Origin: Selaginella moellendorffii
Lineage: Eukaryota; Plantae; Lycopodiophyta
Length of the DNA: 64,000 nt
Direction of reading: 5' to 3'
NCBI RefSeq assembly: GCF_000143415.4
Contig: NW_003314290.1
Span: forward strand, 1,540,454 to 1,604,453
The translations under genes and the position numbers were made by a program. Position 1 is the first letter of the stretch. Each line of letters starts with the position of its first letter. Shown here one piece after another: positions 24,025 through 36,193 of this stretch. The notes under the pieces are model-generated. The model was not told the DNA's origin. It saw only the letters and a list, made by a program, of their open reading frames with translations, and ran no database searches.

Positions 24025-26845
24025 TTACTTGGAAATTCCCGACGATGAATGTATCTGGAGAGGATTGATAGGAACAAACAATGTCTCTGGAAAAAAAGAA
24101 AGAACAAGAGTCTAAGAACTCCCTCCACGCACGAAGCAAAAAGAAAACTTGGAAGCTTACCGCGATCCTTTGAGGCCAAATGAAGAGTGTCCAGAGTGAT
24201 GATCCCATCGGCGAGCGGGAGCAAATCGCACTTCACAACCGTGGTTGAATGCGCAGGAAGTCGCCTGTATCAAAAGCTCACTCTCGTGAGACAAAGAATC
24301 CAAAGAGAAACACGAGATAAGCTTGAAAGATCATCGAGAGAAACTTACCCGAGTGGAACAGTACTTTGCAGCCACAAATGAGTCCTTGCAGGGCTGTTCT
24401 CCGCTACTTTCTCAGCAGCGGAAACTCTTCTCTCTCTCGTTCTCTTTGACGACTCTTCGGCTTCTTTCGCTTGGTCTGCTTCTTTGACCTTCGGTTTTTC
24501 TCGTCCAGGAGGCATTGACATGGATCTAAAATTCTTCCGAGCTTTCTCTTGTTCTTCACGGAAGCTGTGCGAGTTCCCTACGGGTGATTTCTTGGCTGCG
24601 TTTGTTGTTACTGGAATCACTGATACTGGTGCGCATGCCAACGTGCTTGGAGCTAAAAGTGTCAAGTCAAGTTCTCTAGATGTAAGGTTTGTGGCTTGGA
24701 CTGTCACGACCTGGAGAAAAGTTCCAGTGAAGGCAAATAACTTGAAACTGTCTACCTGTGACTTGAGCTGGGGGAGAGCTTCACTTGGAACTCCAGTTGG
24801 CGTGCTGCTCTCCAGCGAGACTGAAACAAGAAGGTCCCTCGCGGGTCGTGGTTTCCATTTCAGCGAGTGTTTCAAATAAAATCTCGAGTCTGGCATCAGA
24901 TAACAAGTTAATGCTAAGATCGAACGCCATAACTAGAACTTACGAGTGTGACTACAATGACAGGCCACTAGAACTGCATAACTCCCGCCATCAGATGCTT
25001 CTTTTGCTTGTCGAGGAGTAGAATAACTGTGTTTGCCAGAACTTTCTACCTTCAGTAGCGAACTCGTGGGTCTCAAAATAAATGAATGTTGTTCTCCGGT
25101 TCTGCAAAAAGGAGTATTTCCATGAGAGAGACTAAACAAGTAAAACATTCAAACCTGAGACATAGATTTGGGAGTTTGTCATCTTCGCCAGTTTCCACGC
25201 ATGAAACAGGAATTGGCTGTGAAACTGCACCGGGGCTAGTCGCTTGGCATATGATGCTAATTGAATCAATATAAATACAGACATCGGACATGTCAGAAGG
25301 AAGAACGTTCTGCAGGAAAAAAAAGGGAGGCAAATGAGAACGAAAGTTCAAACTAAAAACGAACCTCAATAAGGACGCAAATGAGATCTTCCGCGTTGCA
25401 ATCTGCGGAGTATGAATCGATCCGCAAAGGTTGTACGACGGATATCTTCTTGCACCATCGTTTTCCAGGTACGTAAAGGCCTTCCAATCCACAGTGAGCG
25501 GAAAAGCGCTGAGGTTCCAGCGGTACACCCCGGAAAGAGAGCAATCCTTCGCTTCCAACTTCTTCGGAGCCGAGATCTTTCTCCGGATACAGCTTGTTCC
25601 ATTCCCCTGGAGCAGTGTTTAGTGCCGATGGTGGATACGGTGGAACTGCCGCAGGAGCTGCGGCCGGAGCAACTGGAGGCAAAGAACCAGCCGAAGACGA
25701 TCTCAAGTGACCGAACGAGAAAAGCGTTGAGTTGGCAGCTCCGAATGAAAGCCTCTGCGTAGCACTGGCAGCGTTTGCTGCCGGGACAGCGGACGATTGC
25801 TGCGTCGTGAACGCGTTCCTATCCAGAGGCAGCAGCCAGTGCAAAAGATCCTGCGCTGGATCCAAGTCCTTGGGAATCGTCTTGGAAGCCGACATGGGAG
25901 AGCTGTGTTGCTCGTATTGTAGGACCTCGAGGACCGCCTCGTGCGTGATCAAGCGTGGAACCACCACTGTCACTTCCAGCATAACCTGTACCCTGCCATC
26001 TTATCAATGAGCAATTTCGAAAAGAATTGAGTCGAAAGTTCGGTGCATACCACAATGTCTCCGTTCGCAAGAGCGCAAGAGGTGATGGCTCGTCTCGCGA
26101 TTCCTCCAGCTGCAACAGGGTCGAAACCATCTCTTTCCACCACTACTGGAACCACACTCTCAGCTTCGTCGTGCTGGTCGGACTCGTCCACCTTGTTCTC
26201 GTTGATAATGCTCACGTAAAAATGGGACCTTTGGAAGCTTTCGAGGAGCTGCGCGCTCTTCTTCTTGTGCCATTCCTCGCGAAGTGATTCGCCGGCATTC
26301 GATTCGAGAACCTCGCCAGCGACGGGATTGGCTTTGAGCAAAGCGTTCTTGTTGATCACCGCAGCAACCTTGAAGGGAGTGATAATCTCGGGAACTGTGA
26401 GGTCGCGAGAGGAGACCGTGACAAGGATTTTGATTTGTTCACCTACAAAGCAAAGAATTTCTCAAGCTCTAGCGAAGGAAATCAAGAAACACTCACCAGG
26501 AAAAACGAATCCACGATCCAAATGGCTGAGATGCGTCAAATCTGGTGCCGCGTTCCATTCATTCGGAAGCTCCTCTGCAAAGAAAAGTGAGCGAGGATAA
26601 TCCATGACCATGAACAGCTTACTTCCAGGAACAAGCACGGATCCCTCGTTGCTCGATACATCCGCGTGGCCCTGGACTGGGATCCGCGTCCTCGGCCTCG
26701 CTTGCATTGCCTCCTTGAGATCACCCGGAGCCTGGATCTGCTGCTCGAGGCCGAGATTCGTGACGCCGCCGCGAAATTCCTGCTTGGCATCTGCCGGAGG
26801 CTGCTCCTGCGATGCCTGGAAGGAGCTCCGCAGCAAGAAGCTCAT
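24025..26845 (-). CDS. TRIPP: TRAPP-interacting plant protein (At3g17900-like), multi-exon
   Basis: MSFLLRS start, ELPNEW...[74 protein letters not shown]. Confidence 0.8.
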
Positions 26846-26880
26846 GGCGCTCGCATCTCTTCCCCTTCCTCCAAGTCTAA

Positions 26881-26889
26881 AAACCCTAA
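26881..26889 (+). promoter_or_regulatory. Telo-box (AAACCCTAA) in the 64-bp TRIPP/RPS16 spacer
   Basis: Exact telo-box motif, typical of plant ribosomal-protein promoters. Confidence 0.6.
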
Positions 26890-26909
26890 AAACCCTTGGA
26901 GCTAGGGCA

Positions 26910-27462
26910 ATGGTGGTGAGGCTGAGGCTCGCGAGATTTGGGGGCCGCAATCTCCCATTCTACCGCATCTACGCCGCCGATGCGCGCTCCCCGCGCAATG
27001 GGAGGCATGTCGAGGTCCTGGGCTACTACAATCCCTTGCCAGGTACTGGATTTCCGTCTCTGTGAGTGTCTCCAGCGATGATCTTCTCCAGGGCAAGATG
27101 GGCTCAAGCGCATTGGGATGAAAATCGATAGGATCAAGTAAGAATGGCGCTAGATTTCTCCAGGGCTCGATCGCTGTTTGGTTTCCAGGTATTGGATCTC
27201 GGTTGGAGCGCAGCCCACCGAGATCGTCCAGCATTTGCTGTGGAAAGTGGGGATTTTCCCAGCGCCGCCGCGGCCGCAGCTCATGTCCAAGGACGAGGCC
27301 GCCAAGGTTGTCGCGGCGATGAACGAGGCGGACAAGAAGAAGCGGCAGTTGCTCCAGGAGAAGCGCAACGCGCGGCGGGAGAGGCTAGCGGCGAGGCTGG
27401 GAGACGCTTACAAGAAGAAGGAGAGGCCCAGTTCCTCCTCTCCGGAGGAACAATCCAAGTAG
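26910..27462 (+). CDS. RPS16: Nucleus-encoded organellar ribosomal protein S16 (3 exons)
   Basis: [77 protein letters not shown]. Confidence 0.93.
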
Positions 27463-28029
27463 AAGTGGAAGAACGCGGTTATGACATTGTGATGAACATA
27501 AAAGTGACGTGTCAACTTGTGATTGGATGTTCTGTCTGACGTGTGCTACCATGTAAAGGTAAACAAGCTGACGTGTTATTTGCTACGATGACATGTAAAC
27601 GGGAAAGGAAGTGACCTTAGGAGCCCTAAAAGTTCTTTCAGCTGAAGCGTGAGGGCGGAAGTGACGCTTCGCCCCAATGCTGGGCGCCCGGCGGCGATGG
27701 CGTAGGCGGCGGCGGCAGTGGCAGCGCGGCGATGGCGTAGAGAGCGCGATCTTCCCGCATTCTTCGATCCGGCCGAGGCGCGAGGTACGATGATGGTAGG
27801 GCCCTATGTTGCACCTCGTACGCTGCGAATGCGAGTGTAGCCATGCGCCGGATCTTGTAACTCGACGGGCACAACTAGACGGTGGGCTACATTTAGGATT
27901 TTCTTTTTTCTCGAGCTCTCGAGCTCGTTTTCTCCATTAGACATTAGAACGATCATAGTTTTTCTTGCTGAAACTTATGAGTTCTTCGGGTTTTTTCTTT
28001 CAGGGAAAACTCTCGAGGGTCGGGCTGAC

Positions 28030-30955
28030 TTGAAAGGAGCAGCTGGTTTCTACCTTTGGATCCGGGCAGTCTTCAACAGCGTAGGACGTTCCTGTATGAT
28101 TCGGAATCCGCTATTTCGGAGGTTTGAGATCAAGGACAATCCTTTGTACCAGGGTAAGCACAACATGCCGGCAGCCCCTTCTCGGTCCGAGCCGGCGGAC
28201 GTTCGCTCATCTGGTCTGGGATTGTGTGGCTTTGGCTCGGGTCCGTCGTCTCCAAAAGCAGGCAAGAAGAAAAGAGAAAAGTTACCAAAGCAAGACAGGC
28301 CCAAGTCACCACCACCGTCTCCAAAGCCTCAGAAAGTCAAGGCTCCAAAGGCTCCGAAGGCCCCGAGGGCCCCGAAGGCTCCGAAGGCCCCGAGGGCCCC
28401 GAAGGCTCCGAAGGCTCCAAGGCCACCGGGAAAGCCACGCTCGTGTTGGCCTTTCTTCTCGTCCTCCAAGAAGCCGCGGAAGCAAAAGCAAAAGCAAAAG
28501 CCTCCGGAAGTGAAGATCCAGAAGCCTGTAGAAAGTGATAGCAGCAAAGGAAGTAGCAAGGCGAGTAGTAGAGGGAGTAGTAGAGCGAGTAGCCGGCCTC
28601 CAAGTCGACCAACGAGTAGACCGACCACTCCAAGTCCTGCGAGGTCCGAGGCGTCGAGTGTGGGGAGTGTGAAGGACAAGAAGCAAAAGAAACCTGAAAT
28701 GCCCGAGAAGAAGCCTGAGAAGCCCGAGAAAAAGCCTGAAGTTAAGCTGGAAGTTAAGAAGCCCGAGAAGCCCGTGAAGAAAAAAGTTCCGAAGCAGAAG
28801 AAAGCTAAGTCCGGCGGATGGCTTTGCTTTCCTTTATTTTCTCGCAAGCGTCCAGCAGGGAAGAAAAGCAAGAAGAAGCGGGGACTCTCCGAGGAAAGGA
28901 AGAACGAGTTGAATAAGGCTGTCGAGAGGCATAGGGAGCAATGGTTCCAGCAGAGGGAGGCCAAGGAAGAAGCAAAGAAGGCCAAGGGAAAGCTGGAACA
29001 TGAAGATAAGAAGAAGCAAAAGGAGAAGGCAAGGAGAGGAAAGTTGACGAGGGAGCAGAAAGAGAAGCTGGAGCTTCAAAAGCGTCAGGAGAAGCCCATA
29101 AGTTTCCTGGACTGCTCAATCTGCCACAAGCTGCTCAAGTACGCCGTGGAAATCGACTGCGGGCATGCGTTTTGTCACTCCTGCCTACGGAGAAAGATGA
29201 GCCGCTCGAAGCTGTAAGTGTTTCATTTTTGTTGTCATGTCTTTCTCATGCTTCTTAAACGTCAAAACTTTTTTTTTTCAGGTGTCCGGTGTGCATGTCG
29301 GAGATCGAGTACGTCCATCCTTCCTATGTGTTGCGAGAACTGGTGGAAAAGTTCGGTTCCAAGGACGGTCCTAAGAAGCTTAAAGCCGACCTGTTGCAAG
29401 CGTCAAGCTATTATGAGGAACAGGACCCCATTGTTATTGCGTGCCAGTTCGTAGCTGCTGGTGGTAGTAAGTTGCATACTTTTTTCCTTTTATTTCGTTC
29501 GTATCTGACGAATTTATCCTGCAGCCTGCTGCTCTGGCACCAACGGAGCGTTTGATCCGGCAGATTTGTATAAGACGTCGAGGCTCGAAGAGTATGTTAG
29601 CGACGAGGAGTATCTAGATACAATCAAAATGGTGAATCAGATTCTTTCCAGGTACGTGAAAGTGTTTTTGTTTTTATGGTAAGAACTTCTTTCTTGTGCA
29701 GCTGGTCTGGAAGCGCCTTTGCTAACTGTCTTTCGACGATATGTTGTTGTTTGTTTCCTTCACAAGTGTAAGCTTCTCTTTAGCCAGGGACATTGATTTT
29801 TTTTTTGTCGATTTTCTCGCAGGAGGAGGATAGTAAGTATGATCGAAATAGTTCTCGGGGATTGTAATTTGAAATGGCCCGAGACTGGGCTGTTTTGGAC
29901 ACTAATGCGAGTAGACGGCGAGACTAAATTTGTAAGTTTTGATTTTCTTCTCTTTTTTCTCGACGGTGTCATAACGAGACCATCTTCTCGATTTTTCGTG
30001 CAGGCAGGTTCTATGCAGCAGTTTTACTTAATTTTACGTGTTGATCCCATGAAAGCTCGTGCCTATCAAAATACCTTGAGGGCCGGTATTGTCATCATCC
30101 ACCACATCAGAGTCTCACGATAACGTAAAGCAAGGAAGAGAAGTAAACGCAGTAAATGCTCTTTTTTTGGATGGATTCTAAGTTACATGCCTGCAGGTGG
30201 CCAGAAGAAGGACGTTGAGATTGCTCGTTTGAGAAAGCAGAACGCTCTCATGAGGCACAAGATGCTAGAACTTGGCGAGAACACTTTCATCCGAGCGCTT
30301 GTGGGACGAAGAGCATCCAAGTAAGAAAACTTTCTTGCGCAAGAGGCAACAACTGTTCCCTTAACCCCTTGCAGGTATAGTCTCAACACACGAACCAGCT
30401 TGAGCTTCGTAGAGGAGTATCCAGGTAATCCAATTCCGATTACAAACACGATATCGACTGGTTTGTGTGTATCTATTACAGACTCGCCCGTGATCTCGGC
30501 GCTCACTCTCCGCGATCTGGTTCTCCACAATCCTTTGTCCAAGAGATACTTGGTGCCTCCATGGAACAGGTACTTGATCGAGGATGTTTCCTCCACATTC
30601 TAAAACTTTTTTGTGGAGGTCTTACACAGGTTGAGATCCACAAGCACTGGTCCTCTTCCACTAACCAGCGAGGAGGATTACCAGATGCGAAGCCAGCTTA
30701 CGTTGTTTATAAGCCGATCGCCATCGCCATACTTGGAGAGACGGTCGCGCTCGCCGCCAAATTCCAGAAGGAGCCCGATCTGGGGAGACAAAGGAGTAAG
30801 TTCTAAACGACGAAAAAATCAAGAAGCCCGTATGAAAAAAAACGCAAACGGAAACAAAATCGCCAACCACGTCCAAACTTCTACTATTAACACACAGGCA
30901 CGCTTTTCTTTTTTTTTTGTTTTTTCTTTGCTCACAGCTGCCTCCATGGAGATAG
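28030..30955 (+). CDS. C3HC4 RING protein with Lys/Pro-rich N-terminus and CHIC/Erf4(GOLGA7)-like Cys-rich domain, multi-exon; start uncertain (possible upstream exon from ATG 27806, or ATG ~28165)
   Basis: CSIC...CGHAFCHSC...|CPVC RING split by a GT-AG intron. Downstream exons join in frame through ICCCLFP to DKGLPPWR*. Confidence 0.78.
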
Positions 30956-31124
30956 CCTCAGGTGACGCTATGATCTTCATGCAGAGAAAGACAAAAGCTA
31001 GCGAAAACTGTAAATTTTACGTTAAAGGAAAGGTGGCGCTTAGGTGAATATAAAGCTTTCAGTTAGGTCTGATAATGCTACTGATCAAAGTCGCGTGATT
31101 GATTCGGTCGTCATTCGAGATTGG

Positions 31125-31903
31125 TGTGCGGCTTCTTGGCTTATGAAGGAGAAAAGGCTTACGTACGCTTTTGCACGAGATACTTCCATGGCGAGCTGCG
31201 AAAGCTTTACGAATCCGCAAGGACTTGCATGATGCGTTTGAGAGGTTTGAGGCTTTGATGAAAACTCGAAAGGGACAAAGGGAATTAACTCGGCTGGATC
31301 GAGAAGATCACGATCTCTCGGGAGGGTTCAAAGGGACTTGGGTTGACGATGATCATCTCAAGGTGGGCGGCTGTACGGCACTGGTTTGCCTGGTGTTTCC
31401 GGACAGGGTGGTGGTGGCAAACGCGAGCGAGTTTCGCTGTGTCATGTCGAGGTCCTGCGGTGGAGTGGAAGAGATCGGGGATTTTCAAGAGGAGCAATCG
31501 ATCAGCGATGGCATCTTCCCGGTTTTCCACAAGTGCGATGCTTTCAAGGGTTTTGGGTATTTCCTGTTCAAGCAAAGCTCCAGTTCCATGGACCTTTTGA
31601 TCAGCGTGGTTCCAGACGTGTACGACATCAGTCTCGAGGATTATGATCGCCTCACAGGGGATCTGGCCTCCCAATCCAAGATCCAACCAGGAGGTCGTCA
31701 ACTTCATCAAGGGCAGGGGATCTCTAACATTGCGCAAGAAATGTATTGACCTTATAGAGACTTATTGGCACTTTGTATGTGTCAAGTGTCCGCTTGGGGA
31801 TGTGGGCATGGCGATTTTGGATCTTAGGAGGGCCATAGAAAGTTCTGTGACGAACCAACGTACTAGCAAGGATCTTGCTGGCCGTAAGTCAAGGAAATCA
31901 TGA
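31125..31903 (+). pseudogene. Degenerate PP2C phosphatase (pseudogene or pseudophosphatase)
   Basis: GCTALVCLVFPDRVVVANASEFRCVMSR, LISVVPDV, IASQGIW...SNQEVVNFIK. At least two frame changes. Intronless. Confidence 0.7.
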
Positions 31904-32627
31904 GGAAAAGATTAGTCAATCACCTGTTCCGGCTGTTTCAGTAGAAGTTGCCAAAAAGGAAGCCGTGGATCAAAGTACCTGGGACCTTTAATTACAACTG
32001 CACTATTTAAAAGCTACATTTTTTTTAAAATATTAATTTTAACAGAGAACTAAGTATTTGAGTTGTTATTATTTATACACTCTCACATTATATATTTTAT
32101 ATTGAAAACTATTTAACTTACTTTTGTGAGTGCATGAAATACAAAAATGTGCATATCAATTAGCTTAAAAACTCTAGTTTATATACAAGAGTGAGTGGTT
32201 TGGATTGAAATCATTCTAATAGTTATCAAAATCCTACTACGCTAATAGTAATATATAGCATTGTAGTCATACATTTGGACCTCACATCATCCCCTCTTTT
32301 CAGAATCATAGAAGACAATTAAAGTTCTATAGTGGACGGGTTAAAATTTGGAGGAATATCAGGAGGAGGCATCAATAATGGTGTTAATTATTTCTGATCC
32401 TTTTATAAGAACCATTTCAACTGATGCACATACATAATTTTTGGAAGATCAGCCTATTGGACATCATGCCAAACCTCATAAACTTGCAATCTAACTTGCC
32501 GTAACACCTGATAATTGAGCAAGGAACCTTTTAAATAAACCCACATATTATAAGATTGGGAAAACAAACTAACACCAAATCATCTTGATGATGGGAGTTA
32601 TAATGCTGCTATTGTCCCATTTGTATG

Positions 32628-34231
32628 TGTGAGACACAAAATCCCTAGGCCCCAAAGTGGAGCCGGAAGGGCGCCACATGGTAGTGGCCGAAGCGAGAGC
32701 CAAACGAACGTAACACGTTTGGACCAAAAGCTCCGACTTGAAAAGTCAAGAGCGGGAGTGGAACTCCCAACGAAGTGCTCGAGGAACGAGCACGAAGCGA
32801 GCAAAAGGCGAGGCTCCAAAAAGGGACCCAAAAGGACCAACACATGACACGTGGGAGAGTCCGAGATGGACCCGAGTTGGAGTCCGAAGTGGAGTCCGAG
32901 GTGGACCCGAGATGGACCCGAGTTGGAGTCCGAAGTGGAGTCCGAGATGGAGTCCAAGGTGGACCCGAGATGGACCCGAAATGGAGTCCGAGATGGAGTC
33001 CGAGATGGACCCGAGATGGAGTCCGAGATGGAGTCCGAGATGGACCCGAGATGGACCCGAGATGGAGTCCGAGATGGAGTCCGAAGTCGAGACCGAGACC
33101 GGGACCGAGACCGAGACCGAGATCGGGACCAAGACCGAGACCGAGGCCGAGGCCGAGACCGAGCCCGAGCCCGAGTCCGAGTCCGAATCCGAGTCCGAAT
33201 CCGAGTCCGAGTCCGAGTCCGAGTCCGGAGCCTGAGAGGGTGAAAGCCCAAAGCGTTCGTCTCCCAGACCCTGGGGGGTTTGGTGAGCTCCAAAAGTATA
33301 GTAGGGGGAGGACTGCAGTGGAGCCAGTTTGGCTAGGAAAGGCCAGTTTGGCCCAGGAAGGCCGGACCCAGTGTTGGGTGATGAGCTGCCCACTGGGAAG
33401 TCCAAGACTAGAGTGAACACAAACCGACAAGCGGGGTAACTTGGTGAAGTGTTCAAGAGCCGGCTCTAGTTCCCCCGGGAGATCAACTGGCCGATGCTCC
33501 CAGTCCAAGTGTGGGTGGCACTACCTACTTGGATACCTGACCACACCGGAGGGCTACCCCTCTTCCTTTCCACAGTCTGGGACTTTGGGACACCATTTCG
33601 GAACACCATGGCCTTACGCAAGCCTCATGGGTACTCTCCCCACCTTTCGTCTTTAGGTGCTCTAGCCATGGGCTTAGAGCGAGGTTCCGTTGAGCCACAC
33701 GACCAAGGACACAGTCACACAGTGAGGAAGTCCTAGAGGATAGTGGGACTTAGTGGTCGGGCCAGTGGGCCTCCATCCAGTGGCAGTGTTGGCGAACACA
33801 GCCAAGGACAGAAAGGGACCTGGTGGGGACCGGAACGGAGATATTGGGGAAGGCTATTCCCCATGTCTGTAGGCATCCTAAGGATGTTAAGGAGTGGATC
33901 TGGGATGACCACTCATGGATGGATGACCTAGTCTTTGAGAGACGGGATTGGAATGTAGGTGGTGTTGGACCACCAGTGTGACCAAGGTAAATGGGCATGG
34001 CCTTAGTGTAATGGGCCGATATGTCAGTGGTACCTTGGGGTGTCGATCATGGGATCGGACACGTGGAGCACTTGGACCAAGTGCTAAGGTTGAGTGGCAT
34101 GGATGCCATTCTCGGGGCTAGCAAGCCCCAAGTCCTGAGTTGGGCTTATGGAGGTTGTGAATGAGACTCCTCCAAGTGGTCGGAGGTGTGGTTAAGTGAC
34201 TAAAGTAGAATGGAAAAATTAGTCACTTACA
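32628..34231. mobile_element. Young solo LTR (1604 bp) with 5-bp target-site duplication GTATG
   Basis: Termini TGTGAG...CTTACA. GTATG at both 32623-32627 and 32232+2000 position 34232-34236. GC/CpG-rich in AT-rich surroundings. Confidence 0.92.
32858..33228. repeat. Tandem array inside LTR: 11/12-bp CCGAGATGGA(C/GT) units followed by 6-bp CCGAGA/CCGAGT units
   Basis: Directly visible. It produces the low-complexity ORFs in all six frames. Confidence 0.92.
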
Positions 34232-36193
34232 GTATGTAGTCTAAGTGTTCGGTAAACTCTGCTCGAAGAAGTGGAAAAATGATCGTTAAATATTAATCCC
34301 AAGATCTAGCATCAGTAGCTTATGGAAATTGCAAAGGTAAATTCAACTTCATTAGTAGTATCAAATCATGGCTATATAAAAGTTTATATAGTGAAACATC
34401 AACAAAACTTTACACCTCTGTGTTATATCCATACCAAAGAGAGGGCAAATAACCATGCCAACCAAATGTTGAAAGTTCAAGTACTTCACAATCATTCTTT
34501 TGAAGGTCTGAATGAGCCGTTTTACTAAACCATTTGATTGTGAATAATAAGCACTCGTGAAAATGTGGCATATCCCCAACTGAGATGTTAAAATGTAAAA
34601 AACCTCAACCATAAATGTGGGACTATTATTCAAAAGAATTCACTTCAGATATGAATGTTAGAACATTACTCAATTGAGGAGGAAATATTTAAATATTCAA
34701 TAGCAGTTGTAAATGCACTAGCAAGAGCATCAACTTCCACCCAATGAATCAAGTAGTTAACAGCAATAGTTACATACTCATTGTTAGCAATCGACTGTGG
34801 AAAAAGCCCCATCAGATCAAATGCCACCAACTCAAACAAATGAGAAATTGCAATTGACTTCAACTATTTTTTTGCACCATGAGGGGGAGTATTATAAGCT
34901 TCACACCAAATGCAATTATGCACATACCAGATAATATCATATTACATCTTTAGTTAATAGAAAAACTTATGTAGCTTCTTAGTCATATGACAATGTTCCA
35001 TATGCCCACTTAAAATAAGAAAATTATAATAGGTATGAAGAAAACGTGGAATAAAGATTAAAGGCACCACCAACCATAACTAACCATTAAGATTTATCCC
35101 CATAAAATAAAAATAATTGTTCTTAAGACAATATTGAGAATGTAAATACCAAAATAGCAAGTCATTTTAACTTGATCCGCTTTGACATATTTGGCCTGTA
35201 TAAAGTAAAAGGTTTAAAAAACAAATGCTAAATTGCATTATTAACTCATATAAACTTTAATGAAAATGATACAATTGTTAGGAGGCATTATCACAATTGT
35301 TAGTATGTCCAAATATGTGTTTGAAGACATTTAAAAAAGTGCTCTAATCCTCACTAGTGGTTAAGTTTAAACCATTGTCCCACTGCAGCACCATCCCTTA
35401 GAGACACTCACTCAAACAACAAGCATTATCCCAAGAATAATATGTAACAATCATTGTAAATTGATTGAACCAATGGTACACATCATCTTTAGGATTCTTA
35501 CAGAAGAATTTTAGCCAAACACAAAAATTGATAGCAAAAGCAAGAGAAATTATATTATGTGTTGTGAATGGTGCCATCAACTAAGTTTGATTATTTAACT
35601 ACAATTGTATAATATTAAACAATTGCATTAATTGTTGCTTTAGAGTCAAAAAAGGAAGATATTGCTACTTTACTATAAAAATGAATAAAAAAGAAAAAAA
35701 TAAAAAAGAAAAAATTGAAAAAGTTATAAGGAAAGAGAAATCTAGACAATGAAAAAGTTAGATCTAAAGTAAATCCTAAATCCAAACACTTTTTTAAGGA
35801 TAATCAAAATTGTTTTTCACCTCCACCAATGTGAGTGTATGGAATATGAAAATGGAATATAGAAATGTGTATATTAATAGGCTCAAAAATCTTAGCTTAT
35901 ATACACCGGATTGAAATTAATCCGATGGCTATTAAAATCCTATTATGCTAATATTAGTATATGGCATTATATTATATATTAATATTAATATAAAGCATTG
36001 TAACTATACACTTTTACCTCACTTTTTTATATTTTAAAATTTTAATTTAAAATTTAAGTTTGATTCGTTCAATTAAGAGCCACCGTGTCGACTGGGTGGC
36101 AAATTTACTGCCGAGATGGCAAATGCGCTGGCGCTGACGTGCACAAATGACCTTATTTAGCTAGGGTTTTGATTCGTTCGTCATTCATTAGCT

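Larger units (their letters stand above)
32286..35600 (-). mobile_element. Decayed Ty3/gypsy internal region (gag and integrase relics, PPT), interrupted by a solo LTR
   Basis: FELVAFDLMGLFPQS...YVTIAVNYLIHWVE and TSAYYSQSNGLVKRLIQTFK are integrase-core-like. Polypurine tract AAAAGAGGGGATGA followed by TG at ~32286-32300 on the minus strand. Confidence 0.75.

Noticed and set aside
32598-33508. Long ORFs in six frames (RS/PG/SD repeats); CRISPR-like periodicity
   Set aside because: Artefacts of a stop-free tandem array inside an LTR. There are no unique spacers.
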